Shown here: one piece after another, positions 1 to 11,140 of the stretch
Layout of the letters: each line of letters begins with the position of its first letter
Position numbering within the stretch: position 1 is the first letter of the stretch
From: Octopus bimaculoides
Taxonomy: Eukaryota
DNA: 64,000 bases
Assembly (NCBI RefSeq): GCF_001194135.2
Contig: NC_068996.1
Coordinates: 27,175,161 to 27,239,160 of the forward strand
Reading direction: 5' to 3'
Position numbers and translations under genes: made by a program
Notes under the pieces: generated by a model
Seen by the model: only the letters and a program-made list of their open reading frames with translations
What the model was told of the DNA's origin: nothing
The model's database searches: none

Positions 1-235
1 GGCACATAAAAGACACCATTTCGAGCGTGGCCGTTTTCGTGCGGGTGACACGTAAAAGCACCCACTACACTCTCTGAGTGGTTGGCGTTAGGAAGGGCAT
101 CCAGCTGTAGAAACTCTGCCAAATCAGACTGGAGCCTGGTGTTGCCATCCGGTTTCACCAGTCCTCAGTCAAATCGTCCAACCCATGCTAGCATGGAAAG
201 CGGACGTTAAACGATGATGATGATGATGATGATGT
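1..235 (+). mobile_element. RTE-tail element (3' end of RTE LINE or SINE sharing that tail)
   Basis: Ends in AACCCATGCTAGCATGGAAAGCGGACGTTAAAC(GAT)n; the same tail ends the RTE LINE at 58736-61458. Confidence 0.85.
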
Positions 236-249
236 AAATCCTACGTATC

Positions 250-1233
250 AATTCTTTATATTAACTGTATAATAAATCTATTTATGTGTCCTTTTAATGA
301 TATTAGATATACAAGTTTAATTTTTTAATTTTAGTCCAATATATATATAAATTTTAATTTCACATCTTATCTATGGGTCTTTTATATTGGTGCAAATAAG
401 TCTAAATGTACTTCACCATAGCATTTTAAATTAATACCACTTCATGGTTTTTGTATACTGCCTTAATTGATTATTTATATTATTATACACTATTTCATTT
501 TATTTCATTATTAATTTATAATTAGCCTTTGTTTATTCACATATTAATTAAGGAAATATTGGTATCTCAAGTATTTCAAACTTAGCATATGTAAAACAAT
601 TATTCTGGTTAATGAAAACTATAAATAGCCATTTGCTGTATCTGTACACAATATAGCAACCTTATTTTATACACTTTTGACCTAGGTGCCTTGTGTTAAA
701 ACTTCCCCTGCTCCATTATAAACTGGTCTGCTAGTAGAGACCTCCCCTCCAATAGTAGTTTGTCACCAAACCCTAAGAAATTTTACAACTATATCATCCA
801 TATTTACTGTCTATACTGTTTATCCTTCACCCTAAAAAGAAAATGCCAGTGTCCTCTTAAGCTTTGAATCACTAGGTCTGATAAGATAGTTCATAAATCA
901 GAAACAAAAAACAAATAAAATTAGTGACAGTTAAAAATCTGCTTAGAATTATTTACTAGCCTGTATGGTCTGGCCAAGTCAAAATGGTTTTTGTATTCTT
1001 CCTTTCTACTTGGAGAGTTTAGATTTAATTATAAAAATATGTTCTCCTGTTTAAATATAATTTCATTAAATTACATTTGTGCAGCTGAAGATTGCTCTGC
1101 ATTTTATATTTGATGTAATGTTCACATTGCTTAATTAAATGGAGTCACATGAAACGATCGTACTGCATTAACTTTGGATATGCTTGTTACTTATTTTGAC
1201 TTTAATCACCTTATTTTGAAATTGTATGGATAA
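250..1233 (+). mobile_element. AT-rich hammerhead-bearing element (PLE-related or retrozyme-like)
   Basis: Collinear similarity to the reverse complement of ~61510-62560 (shared blocks such as ataattagcctt, ctgta-acaatatagcaac, tggtctgctagt); ends in a hammerhead motif; truncated by an N gap. Confidence 0.7.
1080..1167 (+). ncRNA. Type I minimal hammerhead ribozyme motif, core intact
   Basis: TGCAG-CTGAAGA-[stem II]-GAAA-CGATCG-TA-CTGCA: 5-bp stem I, palindromic stem III ACGATCGT, GUA cleavage triplet; base of stem II is imperfect. Confidence 0.7.
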
Positions 1234-1247
1234 NNNNNNNNNNTATA

Positions 1248-2083
1248 TGTAACAATAAATGTTAGATCGGAGGTTACTAATTGTAATGGTAAGGTTTTTG
1301 TGAAGACTGCAATTCTTTTTTTACGGGGTCACCAATTGTAATGATAATGTTTTTGTTTGTGTAGCGATGTGGGTTGCCAATTGTAATGGTCGTAAGATGA
1401 ACGAAGAACAGTGATCGAAGTTGTAAAGAAATATTTATTTATCGTTACTTTAATAAATGCCATACCACGACGGGTAGGTTAGTGTAATAGTATAACACAG
1501 TTCGTAAAGCATGCAAGGTAAAGAAAGTTAATTTCGGCCTGTATATGTGTGTACACGATCTTGTAGCAGTATATAGACAGAGATATGGTAATGTTACAGA
1601 GAAAAGAAATTGAGCTAGTGAAAGTTATAGAGGTGAAGGAAGTTGTGTCTCATAGTTGGCTGGTTGTAACCTTCTTTCTCCCTCTGGTCGAGGTTCTAGC
1701 TGGTCAGCCATACTTCGTTCTCATTGAGTCGTCACCGACCGGTGACTGAACTGGTTGAGTCGTCACCAACTGATGACTAAACTAAATTTTGCTTGGGCTT
1801 TCCTTGCTTTTATAACTATCTAGAAGGATAGATACATTATTGAGAACAATAGATTTAGTTGGTGGTCTTGTTATCTCTATTCTAGATTTCGGTGATGTAG
1901 AAGAGGTTAGAAAGGGTCAGGTAGTGAAGACATTGTTTCGGCCTAGCTAAAGGCATCTGGAAAATATTAAACTGCTGTCAGAGAAAAACCATTGTTCCAC
2001 CGTGGGAAAAGTTCTGTTGCAGTGTTAATTTAAATTTGGCTATAGTGGATTGAATCCACTTCATGCATGCAAGATCCACTACA
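1248..2083 (-). mobile_element. Solo LTR (Gypsy-like), 836 bp
   Basis: TG...CA ends (minus strand TGTAGTG...TTACA), TATA flanks on both sides, minus-strand TATAAAA (1808-1814) and AATAAA (1434-1439). Confidence 0.65.
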
Positions 2084-2099
2084 TATATATATATATAGT

Positions 2100-2960
2100 A
2101 GAAGGACCCAAACCCTTCAAAGGGATGTTTAGCATCTAAGTTCCTGAGGAAAAGCCTAATTTATTATTTCAAAAGGATTATATTTTCCTCAAAGTTACAA
2201 GGGAAAAACTCGGATCTTGTTAATACTGTGAATTTTCCGAAGTCCTATCCCCACCCCCTCCGAAGAGATTTTCCCCACAAATTTCTTTATAATCGTAATC
2301 TATACCGTTTGAAAGGTATTTATATAAAATTTCATTTAAAAAAACATTTTCCTAAAAGTCATGAGGGAAAAACATCGGTTCTTGTGAATTTTCCGAAGNN
2401 NNNNNNNNCCCTTCAAAGGGATGTTTAGCATCTAAGTTCCTGAGGAAAAGCCTAATTTATTATTTCAAAAGGATTATATTTTCCTCAAAGTTACAAGGGA
2501 AAAACTCGGATCTTGTTAATACTGTGAATTTTCCGAAGTCTTCCCCTACCCCGTTGCTTTCAGCGCATTTTTGCTTTCAGATTCGTTTCTTACGTGGGTG
2601 TGCAATAGAAAGGTATTCCCTCAAAGTTACGAGGGAAAACATCGGATCTTGTGAATTTTCCGAAGTCCTATCCCCACCCCCTCCGAAGAGATTTTCCCCA
2701 CAAATTTCTTTATAATCGTAATCTATACCGTTTGAAAGGTATTTATATAAAATTTCATTTAAAAAAACATTTTCCTAAAAGTCATGAGGGAAAAACATCG
2801 GTTCTTGTGAATTTTCCGAAGGCCTCCCTCCCCCCACCCCCGTTGCTTTCCGGGTATTTTTGTTTTCATATTCGTTTCCTTCGCCTTTTTTTACACCCGT
2901 TGCACTTTTTTTTTCCGATTTTGTTTCTGGGTAAAATGTCAACATTAACCCTAGATGTTA
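2100..2960. repeat. Unclassified repeat with internal subrepeats ending GTGAATTTTCCGAAG; partly duplicated across an N gap
   Basis: The motif aaagttac-agggaaaa-cgg-tcttgtgaattttccgaag recurs about five times; 2114-2398 is near-identical to sequence after the gap at 2399-2408. Confidence 0.6.
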
Positions 2961-3080
2961 ACTGACTTTTTTCCTTGTAATTTTTTTAATGCTCCTTCTA
3001 TTAAGATGCGCTAACATTAGACTTAACCATTGAATTTACATACAATGTAAGCCGTTTCAGCAGAATTCTGCTTTAAGAAA

Positions 3081-3338
3081 GCCATATAACCCCTCATAAC
3101 TTATTAGTTTTGGGAATTTTCGGAAAATTTTTGCGAATTTGTATTCTGCACACGGGAATTCACACGACTGGGATTTAAGCCAAAAATTTGGACTGTCCGT
3201 ATTTTAAACTATGTATTTTATATAGATAAATATATATATATATATATAGTCGTGTGAATTCCCGTGTGTAGAATACAAATTTGCAAAAGTCTTCTGAAAA
3301 TTCCAAAAAAATAATAAAGTTATGAGGGGTTATATGGC
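3081..3338. mobile_element. Foldback/MITE-like element with ~90-bp inverted arms
   Basis: 3081-3169 is the reverse complement of 3248-3338 with few mismatches; no TSD seen. Confidence 0.75.
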
Positions 3339-3628
3339 GTGCGTATGGCATAACTCCGCCGCTTCTTATTGTCAACACTCTGGAACGAAGCCTGTTCGAA
3401 TAATAATGCCAATCACCTGCTGATAAAATTTAGCAAATAAGCAGTTAGAAACCCCGTTTATGGATTAATGTTTAATAACAATGACTTGTTGATAGTATTG
3501 TTTGTGGTGATAATAAGCGGCTCTCGATACAATACCGTTTCGCTTTCAGATTCTGTTCGAAGTCAAAATAAGTTAATTAAGCCGCCACGAACGAGCTAGT
3601 TACCAAAGGCGTTGATAGTTGTCTCCCT

Positions 3629-3643
3629 TGACGTAACGGAAGT
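3629..3643 (+). promoter_or_regulatory. Adjacent CRE-like (TGACGTAA) and ETS (CGGAAGT) motifs in the proximal promoter
   Basis: Sequence TGACGTAACGGAAGT ends 37 nt before the ATG in a CpG-enriched, repeat-free stretch. Confidence 0.45.
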
Positions 3644-3680
3644 ACTGACATAGAATTACCAGATACAAAAACACACGGCT

Positions 3681-3791
3681 ATGGACGGAGGTCACCCGGT
3701 TAAGGGTGGCGACGAGGATCCGGATAGGGTCGGTCCGTGGAGGAATTTTAAGAATCCCTACCCAGAAGCGAATAACCCTAACTTGCCTCAG
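3681..3791 (+). CDS. OCIAD1: OCIAD1 coding exon 1 (MDGGHPVKGG...NNPNLPQ)
   Basis: ATG at 3681 in a CpG-richer promoter-like region; 37 codons; donor CAG|GTGAAT is phase 0 and matches the phase-0 acceptor at 9275. Not in the conserved domain, so less certain than the other exons. Confidence 0.75.
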
Positions 3792-5540
3792 GTGAATTCA
3801 CTAAATTTACGTCTTTATCTGCTTCGATTATTTGTTTCACTTACATGTGCATCTATATTTAAATGTTATTGTTAGTAGTAGTCGTAGTGGTGGTATCGTG
3901 TTACTAAAGACTGGGACTTTGGCTGTGTTACATTCTCGCAATGACATCTGTTACTCCGTACATCAGACCCGCTTTTAAATGCTGCTAAGTACCGTCGAAG
4001 AATAAATGCAGATTTTGTTTTGTATGCTTGATGAGTCTGCTAAGTTACAAAGTCCATGTGTCATGTATCCCTTTAAATGTTATCATTGTTCATGTGAAAA
4101 TAAAATATCATAAATGTTCCTCTTAATTGGGGATGGTGGGGTCATACTGTGTCGAGGAAAAAATTTAATCCTTATAGGCGTCCCTCTATCAGATTTGTGT
4201 TTAGAAAGTGAAAAGTAATGTGGTTGTTACCAACGGATTGGAAGGCATAAAGCAGAGTGACATTGAAAAGAAATGAAAGCTGAAAGCGAAACTGAGTTTC
4301 CGATCCGATTTGCAAGGACGTTGCCTCTTGTTTTATTTACTAAAACGAAATTGATGTTATATTCGATACAAGTGCTTGAAATCGACAGAAATAACTTTGC
4401 CTTTCAACACGGCCAGAGTTTAGAAAGACAGCCCTTTCCCCTACCCCCTCTTCTCTTACTCCTTTCAAAACGAAAAATTTACCCTTTCTTACTTTGTCGA
4501 AAAGGTAATTTGTGTATGTGACGGCTTTATTAAGACATCTAAATTTGAGGTAGGCTCAATTTGGTTTGCCTCTTGCCTGTATTTTAAACTATGACCTTGT
4601 GTTTATAGGACGTGAGCTGATTTTGTAGGACTTTTTTGAGAAGTTTTGGGGCTATGAGCTCCGTATAAACCGTCAAATACTGAAATTATTAGGAGTAACA
4701 TTCTCACAACGGTTGGCGGTCATAAAGATAAGTACCTGTATTGAGTCGATTCGGCATATTATATTACATTCCTTTGTAATATATCATTTGTATTAAGATA
4801 GCAGTAAACTCTTAACGAACCGAATTTCACTAGCCTGTTTTAATTACCTTGTGGGAAGAAATCATTTTTGTTTTTGTTGTTGCCTGCCTCAAGTCAGATC
4901 TAGTCAAGTATATCTAAAATCAAAAGTATTCAAGCGATGACCATGCCTTCTTTGCATGTCTGTGCTTAAAGTATTCAGAACAACTTTAGCCTAGTTAGAT
5001 ATAGCTCCTCGCCTTACGCAAAACAGAAAGATGTGATTTTGAGAGAAAGAAATTTGGTTGCTACTTCTAGCATTTCTAGCAACCACCTACAGGTTCCCTC
5101 TTTGGCTTAGAAAGAAATCTTTCATTCATGCAAAACATGTACAGATGGAACAATCCATTGAGAACTGGAGGTTACTTTAGCAATTGCCCAAAGCTGAGTA
5201 CTTCAAAATTTTTACGGTTAAATCCTGGTATATGTTCCATTCCTTCATGCATTCCTTTAGAATCGATAAAATCAGTTCCTGTGATGAACTGTTCAAAGGA
5301 AAGTACTATTCTTTTACTATGAGACAGGTGCTTTCCAAAACTCTTATGGTGAATAGAAATAATGAAGTAAAGTTAGTGTGCTTGTTGATAGAATAGACTA
5401 AATATATATAAATTCTTCTGTTCCTCCAGATTCTTGCTAGTAATGACAGTACTAGCAATGCTTATTTATTCAAATTGGCTTGAATTCATCATGCATTATC
5501 TTGCTGCTTCTTTTATTGAATCCATTATATATACTGTAAA

Positions 5541-5853
5541 GGCATGTGGCTTGGTGGTTAGGGTATTTGGCTCACAATCATAAGGACATGAGTTCAATTC
5601 CCAGTGACGTTGTGTCCTTGAGCAAGACACTTTATTTCATGTTGCTCCAGTCCACTCAGCTGGCAAAAATGAGTAGTACTTGTAATTCAAAGGGCCAGCT
5701 TTGTCACATTCTGTGTCATGCTGAATCTCCCTGGGAACTACGTTAAGGATATGCGTGTCTGTGGAGTACTCGGCCACTTGCATGTTAATTTCATGAACAG
5801 ACTGTTCTGTTGATTGGATCAACTGGAACACTCATCGTCATAACCAATGGAGT
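5541..5853 (+). mobile_element. tRNA-derived SINE, family C
   Basis: A-box-like TGGCTTGGTGG, B-box GAGTTCAATTCC, CORE-like ccttgagcaagacacttta; a second copy lies at 5915-6215. Confidence 0.85.
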
Positions 5854-5914
5854 TGTAAACATTTCAGTTTTAAAATAGGTAAACAGCATTCTTGTGTGTT
5901 ATTCAACTTAACTG

Positions 5915-6215
5915 TTACTCCATCGGTTACAACAACAGGGGTTCCAGTTGATCCTACATATGAAATTAACTTGCATGTGGCTGAGCACTGGACAGACACA
6001 CATACCCTTTACGTAGTTCTCAGAGTGATTCAGCATGATGCAGAATGTGACATGGCTGGCCCTTTGAAATACAGGTACTACTCATTTTTGCCAACTGAGT
6101 GGACTGGAGCAACATGAAATAAAGTATCTTGCTCAATGACACAATGCACTGCCAGAAATTGAACTCACAACCTTACAATTGTGAGCTGAATACCCTAAAC
6201 AGTAAGCCACATGCT
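5915..6215 (-). mobile_element. tRNA-derived SINE, family C (inverted partner of 5541-5853)
   Basis: Reverse-complement similarity over its whole length. Confidence 0.85.
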
Positions 6216-6789
6216 TGTGTGTTATAAAAGAGAACTAAAAGGGTTGGTGACAAAGCAGGGCATCCAGTAAAACACTGCCTCAGAAAAACTTGCTATGCTA
6301 GCATAGTAAAAACAGACAAAATTTTGCTGGTAATGGTGCAAACTTAGAGAGCTTCAAAGAATATTGTCATTCATTGATTTGCCATTCTACAGAGTCATCT
6401 AATCCATACCAGCTTTACAAGAGAGTCTCATCTCCATCAGAAACCAAATTCAAATTTATATACCAGTATTTTAGAAGTAAAAAAAATAAGGAAGCATACA
6501 TTAGATAACGTAGTCCTAAATACACCTTTTAAAAATAGATAGGTTGGAATACTTTTAATGATATTTTTCCTGAATAAGTCTGACCTGAAAGTAATCAACA
6601 CAAAAACACAAGTTTCCAAAAAATAAACAACATAATAACTTTTTTATTTATTTATTTATTTTTAGTCAGGAGAAGAAAACATCTATGTCCTTTTTCAAGG
6701 TCTCTATGATTTAATGTCCTGCAATTAGAGACTTGATCCAAATGTTTGCACTAACAGGGCAAACTGTTATATGCAACCAATATGGTAGA

Positions 6790-7030
6790 TTAACTCTTTC
6801 ATTGCCAGAAACCCATTTAAACCAGCCATATCAGGTTCAAATATTCTACCTGTTTTATGCTCAAACCACCCAGGTCTGGCCTCTCACATCTACCCTACAG
6901 TGTCATTCTAAAAATATACAATCACATAATCAAAATTTCGATTCTTTGAGATAATATATGATTAATTTAAAACAATGTGAATATAAAAGCATTATATTTA
7001 ACAGAATAATCTGAATGTCAAAAGGTTAAA
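6790..7030. mobile_element. piggyBac-type MITE (TTAACCCTTTAGCATT...AATGCTAAAGGGTTAA family), diverged
   Basis: Similar to 7775-7997, 9875-10323 and 27449-27676. Confidence 0.6.
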
Positions 7031-7145
7031 TAAACTATGTACTTCCATCATTTTTTAAAAGAATCGAGAATTTTGGGGAAATTTAATAAAACAACCAGCA
7101 TTTTCTTTAATTTTTCTTATGAATTCATCCATGACTGTCCCTGGT

Positions 7146-7550
7146 TCGTCGTCGTCGTCGTTTAACGTCCGCTTTCCATGCTAGCATGGGTTGGACGATG
7201 TGACTGAGGACTGGTGAAACCGGATGGCAACACCAGGCTCCAATCTAATTTGGCAGAGTTTCTACAGCTGGATGCCCTTCCTAACGCCAACCACTCAGCG
7301 AGTGTAGTGGGTGCTTTTACGTGTCACCCGCACGAAAACGGCCACACTCGAAATGGTGTCTTTTACGTGCCACCCGCACAAGAGCCAGTCCAGGGGCACT
7401 GGCAACGATCTCGCTCGAAAACCCTACAAAGGCCAGTCAGGCGGTACTGGCAACGGTCACGCTCAAGATGGTACATCTTATGTGCCACCCGCACAAGAGC
7501 CAGTCCAGGGGCACTGGCAACGATCTCACTTGTCTTGCCGGGTCTTCTCA
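7146..7550 (-). mobile_element. RTE-tail element with an internal ~45-bp direct repeat
   Basis: Reverse complement of the family at 1-235; tgccacccgcacaagagccagtccaggggcactggcaacgatctc occurs twice. Confidence 0.85.
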
Positions 7551-7774
7551 CAAATTTGATGCTTAAAGTGATTTAAATCAAAACTTCATGTTAAATTATA
7601 TGCTAAACAGCAGCATAATTCTGCCAAAGTTATTTTACTAAATCCTTAATTATTTTCTAAATTAATTGAAACAAACACAGTGTATTTCAACAGAAACATG
7701 GTAAGAAAATGTTTAAAGCTTGTATTATTTGACCCATAACTTGATGAAGAGTTTTTTCATAGAACTATGACATG

Positions 7775-7997
7775 TGGCTTTAGTTAAAACTGGCCATATC
7801 TGGCCTAAATATCTTTCTTACTCTATGCTCAAACTAGTCAGATCTGGCCACTCTCACCTACCCTACAGTGTCATTCTAAAAATAAACAATCACATCATTG
7901 AAATCTCAAAACTATGAGATGATGTATGATTAATTCAAAACAATGTGAATAGATAAGCATTACATTTGACAGAGTAATCTGAATGCTAAAAGGTTAA
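7775..7997. mobile_element. piggyBac-type MITE
   Basis: Ends gaatgctaaaaggTTAA; same family as 27449-27676. Confidence 0.65.
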
Positions 7998-8624
7998 TAA
8001 TAAACACATTGAAATAGATATAATTTGTATGATAGAACTAGAAACTGTCTCTGACAGGGATGATATTGAATGAGTTAAGTCTACCACCCAAAAAGTAGGT
8101 ATAGTTCTTCAAGTGAGTTTCTACACAGTTTCTGTCAAGATTTGAAACTTTTATAGAAGACCCTACAAGATTGTGAAGTGAACTTTTTAATCATACAGTG
8201 ACATGAATAGAACAAGATCACAGATCTAATTTATCAGGGGTTACACAACAATCTACTCATGGTTGAGACATCTTCGATCATAGGCTTCACATACATAGCC
8301 AATGGAGAGAGGCTCTACAAGTTATATGTATATCTAGTATACACATACGTGTGCATACAAATGTAAGTTAGATAGCTGATGGTGAATTCATCTTAATACT
8401 TGAAACCCACTTCCCTTCAAAATCCTGGCTACTCTCATGGTTCTGCATTCAACCAGAACTACCTAGCATTAAACAACAGTTAATAATTTATGTATTATGA
8501 AGCATTTATTAAAATAAGAAGAATTCAAACAAATCAATCAGTTCCACATGTGTGGAGTTTGTTGTTCCCCATTCCCATCATACCTAACACAACTGCTTTT
8601 ATTTGAAAGATCAATCTATCTATA

Positions 8625-8990
8625 GGCATGGCTGTGTGGTAAGAAGCTTGCTTCCCAACCACATGGTTCCAGGTTCAGTGCCACTTGGGCAAATGTCTTC
8701 TATTATAGCCTCAGGCCACCAACCAAAGCCTTGTTAGTGGACTAGGTATATGTCTGTGTATGTGGGTGGCTTTGTGCCTGTATTTGTCCCCCCCCCCCAT
8801 CACTGCTTGACAACCGGTGTTGGTGTATTTACATCCTCATAACTTGGCAGTTTGGCAGAAGAGGCCAATAGACAAAGTACTAGTCTTAAAAAATAAGTCC
8901 TGGGATTGATTTGTTCGACTAAAACCCTTCAAGGTTGTGCTCCAGCTTAGCTGCAGTCAAATGACTGAAACAAATAAAAGAATATGTACA
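8625..8990 (+). mobile_element. tRNA-derived SINE, family A
   Basis: TGGCTGTGTGG A box, GGTTCAGT B-box-like, tail aaatgactgaaacaaataaaag; more than 15 copies in the window. Confidence 0.85.
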
Positions 8991-9274
8991 TACACACACT
9001 TGTTGTTGTTGTTACTGCTGCTGCTGTTTGCAGAATCATGTGTATGCCAGGCAAGATGCTTAGCAGCATTTCATCCATCTTTACATTCTGAGTTTAAATG
9101 CTGCCAGGGTCAACTTTGCATTTCATCCTTTCCAAGTTGACAAAATAAGTACCAGTTGAACACTGGAGTTGATGTAATTAACTTAGCCACTTTCCTGAAA
9201 TTGCTGGCCTTGTGCCAATATTAGCATTGTTATTGTTGTTATTATTATTATTATTGTTATTTATTTTTTTACAG

Positions 9275-9350
9275 AAAAATCTAGTGACATTGAGTCGTGA
9301 TGAACTCAGAGTTCTTCATGAATGCAACAGAGAAAGTTTTTGGTATCGAA
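9275..9350 (+). CDS. OCIAD1: OCIAD1 coding exon 2 (KNLVTLSRDELRVLHECNRESFWYR)
   Basis: Acceptor tttttttacag|, donor |gtaagt; 76 nt; start of the OCIA domain. Confidence 0.93.
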
Positions 9351-9874
9351 GTAAGTCACTTATTTTTTTTAACTTGTTCATTAATTTGTTTGTTTAGCAT
9401 CCATTTTTTTCATACTAGACGGAGACTTAAAGGGACAACATTTTATAACTGGATACCATTCATATTGTCAACCCTTTTTCTTATCAAGTAAGGGATTTTT
9501 TTTATTCCCTTAATCTTAAAAGTACAGTGCAACTGATCAAAATGTTCACAAAGAATGTAAACATCATGTCACCATTTCTTGCAAACAGTGACAAACAAAT
9601 CTTTGGAGTGTCAGCATTTGTGCGCACATACATACACACACACAAATGCACAGACATGCATATATACATCACATGATAGTTGTAAACAAGAATCATTGTC
9701 ACGCAAGTGGTATCATTTGTTTCCAAGATTCCATAAAAAACATGTCCAGTCATAAGGAAATATTTCTTTGCTTGGAAACAAGTGAGAGTTGACAACAGGC
9801 AGTGCATCAGGCTGTAGAAAATCTACCTTAACAAAGTCTGTCTTATTCATGCAGGCATCATGGCAAAGTGAACA

Positions 9875-10323
9875 TTAACCCTTTAGTATTTAAACCTGCC
9901 ATATCAGGCCCTAGTGTTCTACCTGTTTTATGTTCACACTGGCCAAATCTGACCTTTCACACCTACCTTACAATGTCATTGTAAAAATTAAGTCACATCG
10001 TTGATACCTCAAAGCCAGCATTTCTCAGCCCGGGTTCCACGGTACCCTAGGATTCTGCGAGAAAGAATGAAATAAATTAGTGCTAATTTCATGATTGTTA
10101 TGTGTGTGTGTGAGATTTATTATGTGAACTACAATGAAAAAATATGAGAAAGATATGGTATATAATTTTTTTGTGCAGGAATTCCTTGAGACATGTAATT
10201 TATTTTTAAGGGTAAAAAGGTTGAGAAACAATGCTCAAAGCTATGAGATGATGCGTGTTTAATTCAAAACAATGTGGATAAATAAGAATTGCTTTTGACA
10301 GTCACCTGAATGCTAAAGGATTA
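9875..10323. mobile_element. piggyBac-type MITE interrupted by a hAT MITE
   Basis: Starts TTAACCCTTTAG; the host sequence resumes after the insert at 10234. Confidence 0.7.
10016..10233. mobile_element. hAT-type MITE, 218 bp, 8-bp TSD
   Basis: TIRs CAGCATTTCTCAGCC / GGTTGAGAAACAATG; TSD CTCAAAGC at 10008-10015 and 10234-10241. Confidence 0.88.
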
Positions 10324-10734
10324 TACCAATAATGATGAAACATACACATGCACATATACATGTGTACGCACACAGACTTCTACACAGTTTTTAGCTACCA
10401 TTACCATTTACAAGGCATTGATCAGCCAGAGTAGCTATAGCAGAAGATACTTGCCCAAAGTACTACGCAGTGTGACTTAATCAGAAACCACATGGTTGTG
10501 AAATGAAATCCTTAACCTCAGATCTGTGACCTGCATTTATATAAACATTTGCTCAAGGTGCTGTGCAGTATTATATATTAGTTAATGTTGTGATTTTGCT
10601 TGTATAAGTCAGTCTTGATACAACACTTAAGATGAAAAATATTATGTAGACCAGGGTCAGCAGAGTGGTCAATACTGAACCCTAGTGGAGAGGGGTCTAT
10701 GTTGCTATCCAAGAGATCAATATTTTGAGGGTCC

Positions 10735-11140
10735 AGGCATGGCTGTGTGGTAAGAAGTTTGCTTCCCAACCACATGGTTCCGGTTTCGGTCCCACTGCAT
10801 GACACCTTGGGCATATGTCTTAAAAGACATATGCCCAAGGTGTCATGCAGTGGGCCAACCAAAGTAATGTGAGTGGATTTGGATGACCGAAACTGAAAGA
10901 AGCCCATCATGTGTGTGTGTGTGTGTACCTTTGTTTGTCCCCCATTACCACTTGATAACTGGTGTTAATGTGTTTACATCCCCATGACCTAATGGCTTGG
11001 CAAAAGAGACAAATAAAATAAGTACCAAGCTTAAAAAAAATAAGTGCTGGGGTCAATTTATTTGCCTCAAACTTCTTCAAGGCGGTGCCCCAGAATGGCC
11101 ACAGTCTAATGACTGAAACAAGTAAAAGATAAAAGATATG
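10735..11140 (+). mobile_element. SINE family A containing a perfect internal foldback (10791-10854)
   Basis: Family A head and tail; the central segment is replaced by an inverted duplication. Confidence 0.85.

Noticed and set aside
2114-2820. Apparent tandem duplications around 10-N gaps (also 28325-28712 and 58430-58630)
   Set aside because: Identical or near-identical sequence on both sides of a fixed-size gap indicates unmerged contig overlaps or haplotypes, not real tandem repeats.
2200-2830. Recurring GTGAATTTTCCGAAG motif and the ~40-bp repeats at 43300-43420 and 51130-51250 as CRISPR-like arrays
   Set aside because: Spacers are themselves repeated or absent, the context is eukaryotic TE sequence, and there are no cas genes.
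3340-3620. Divergent gene or bidirectional promoter upstream of OCIAD1
   Set aside because: No minus-strand exon or ORF could be supported; upstream sequence is repeats.
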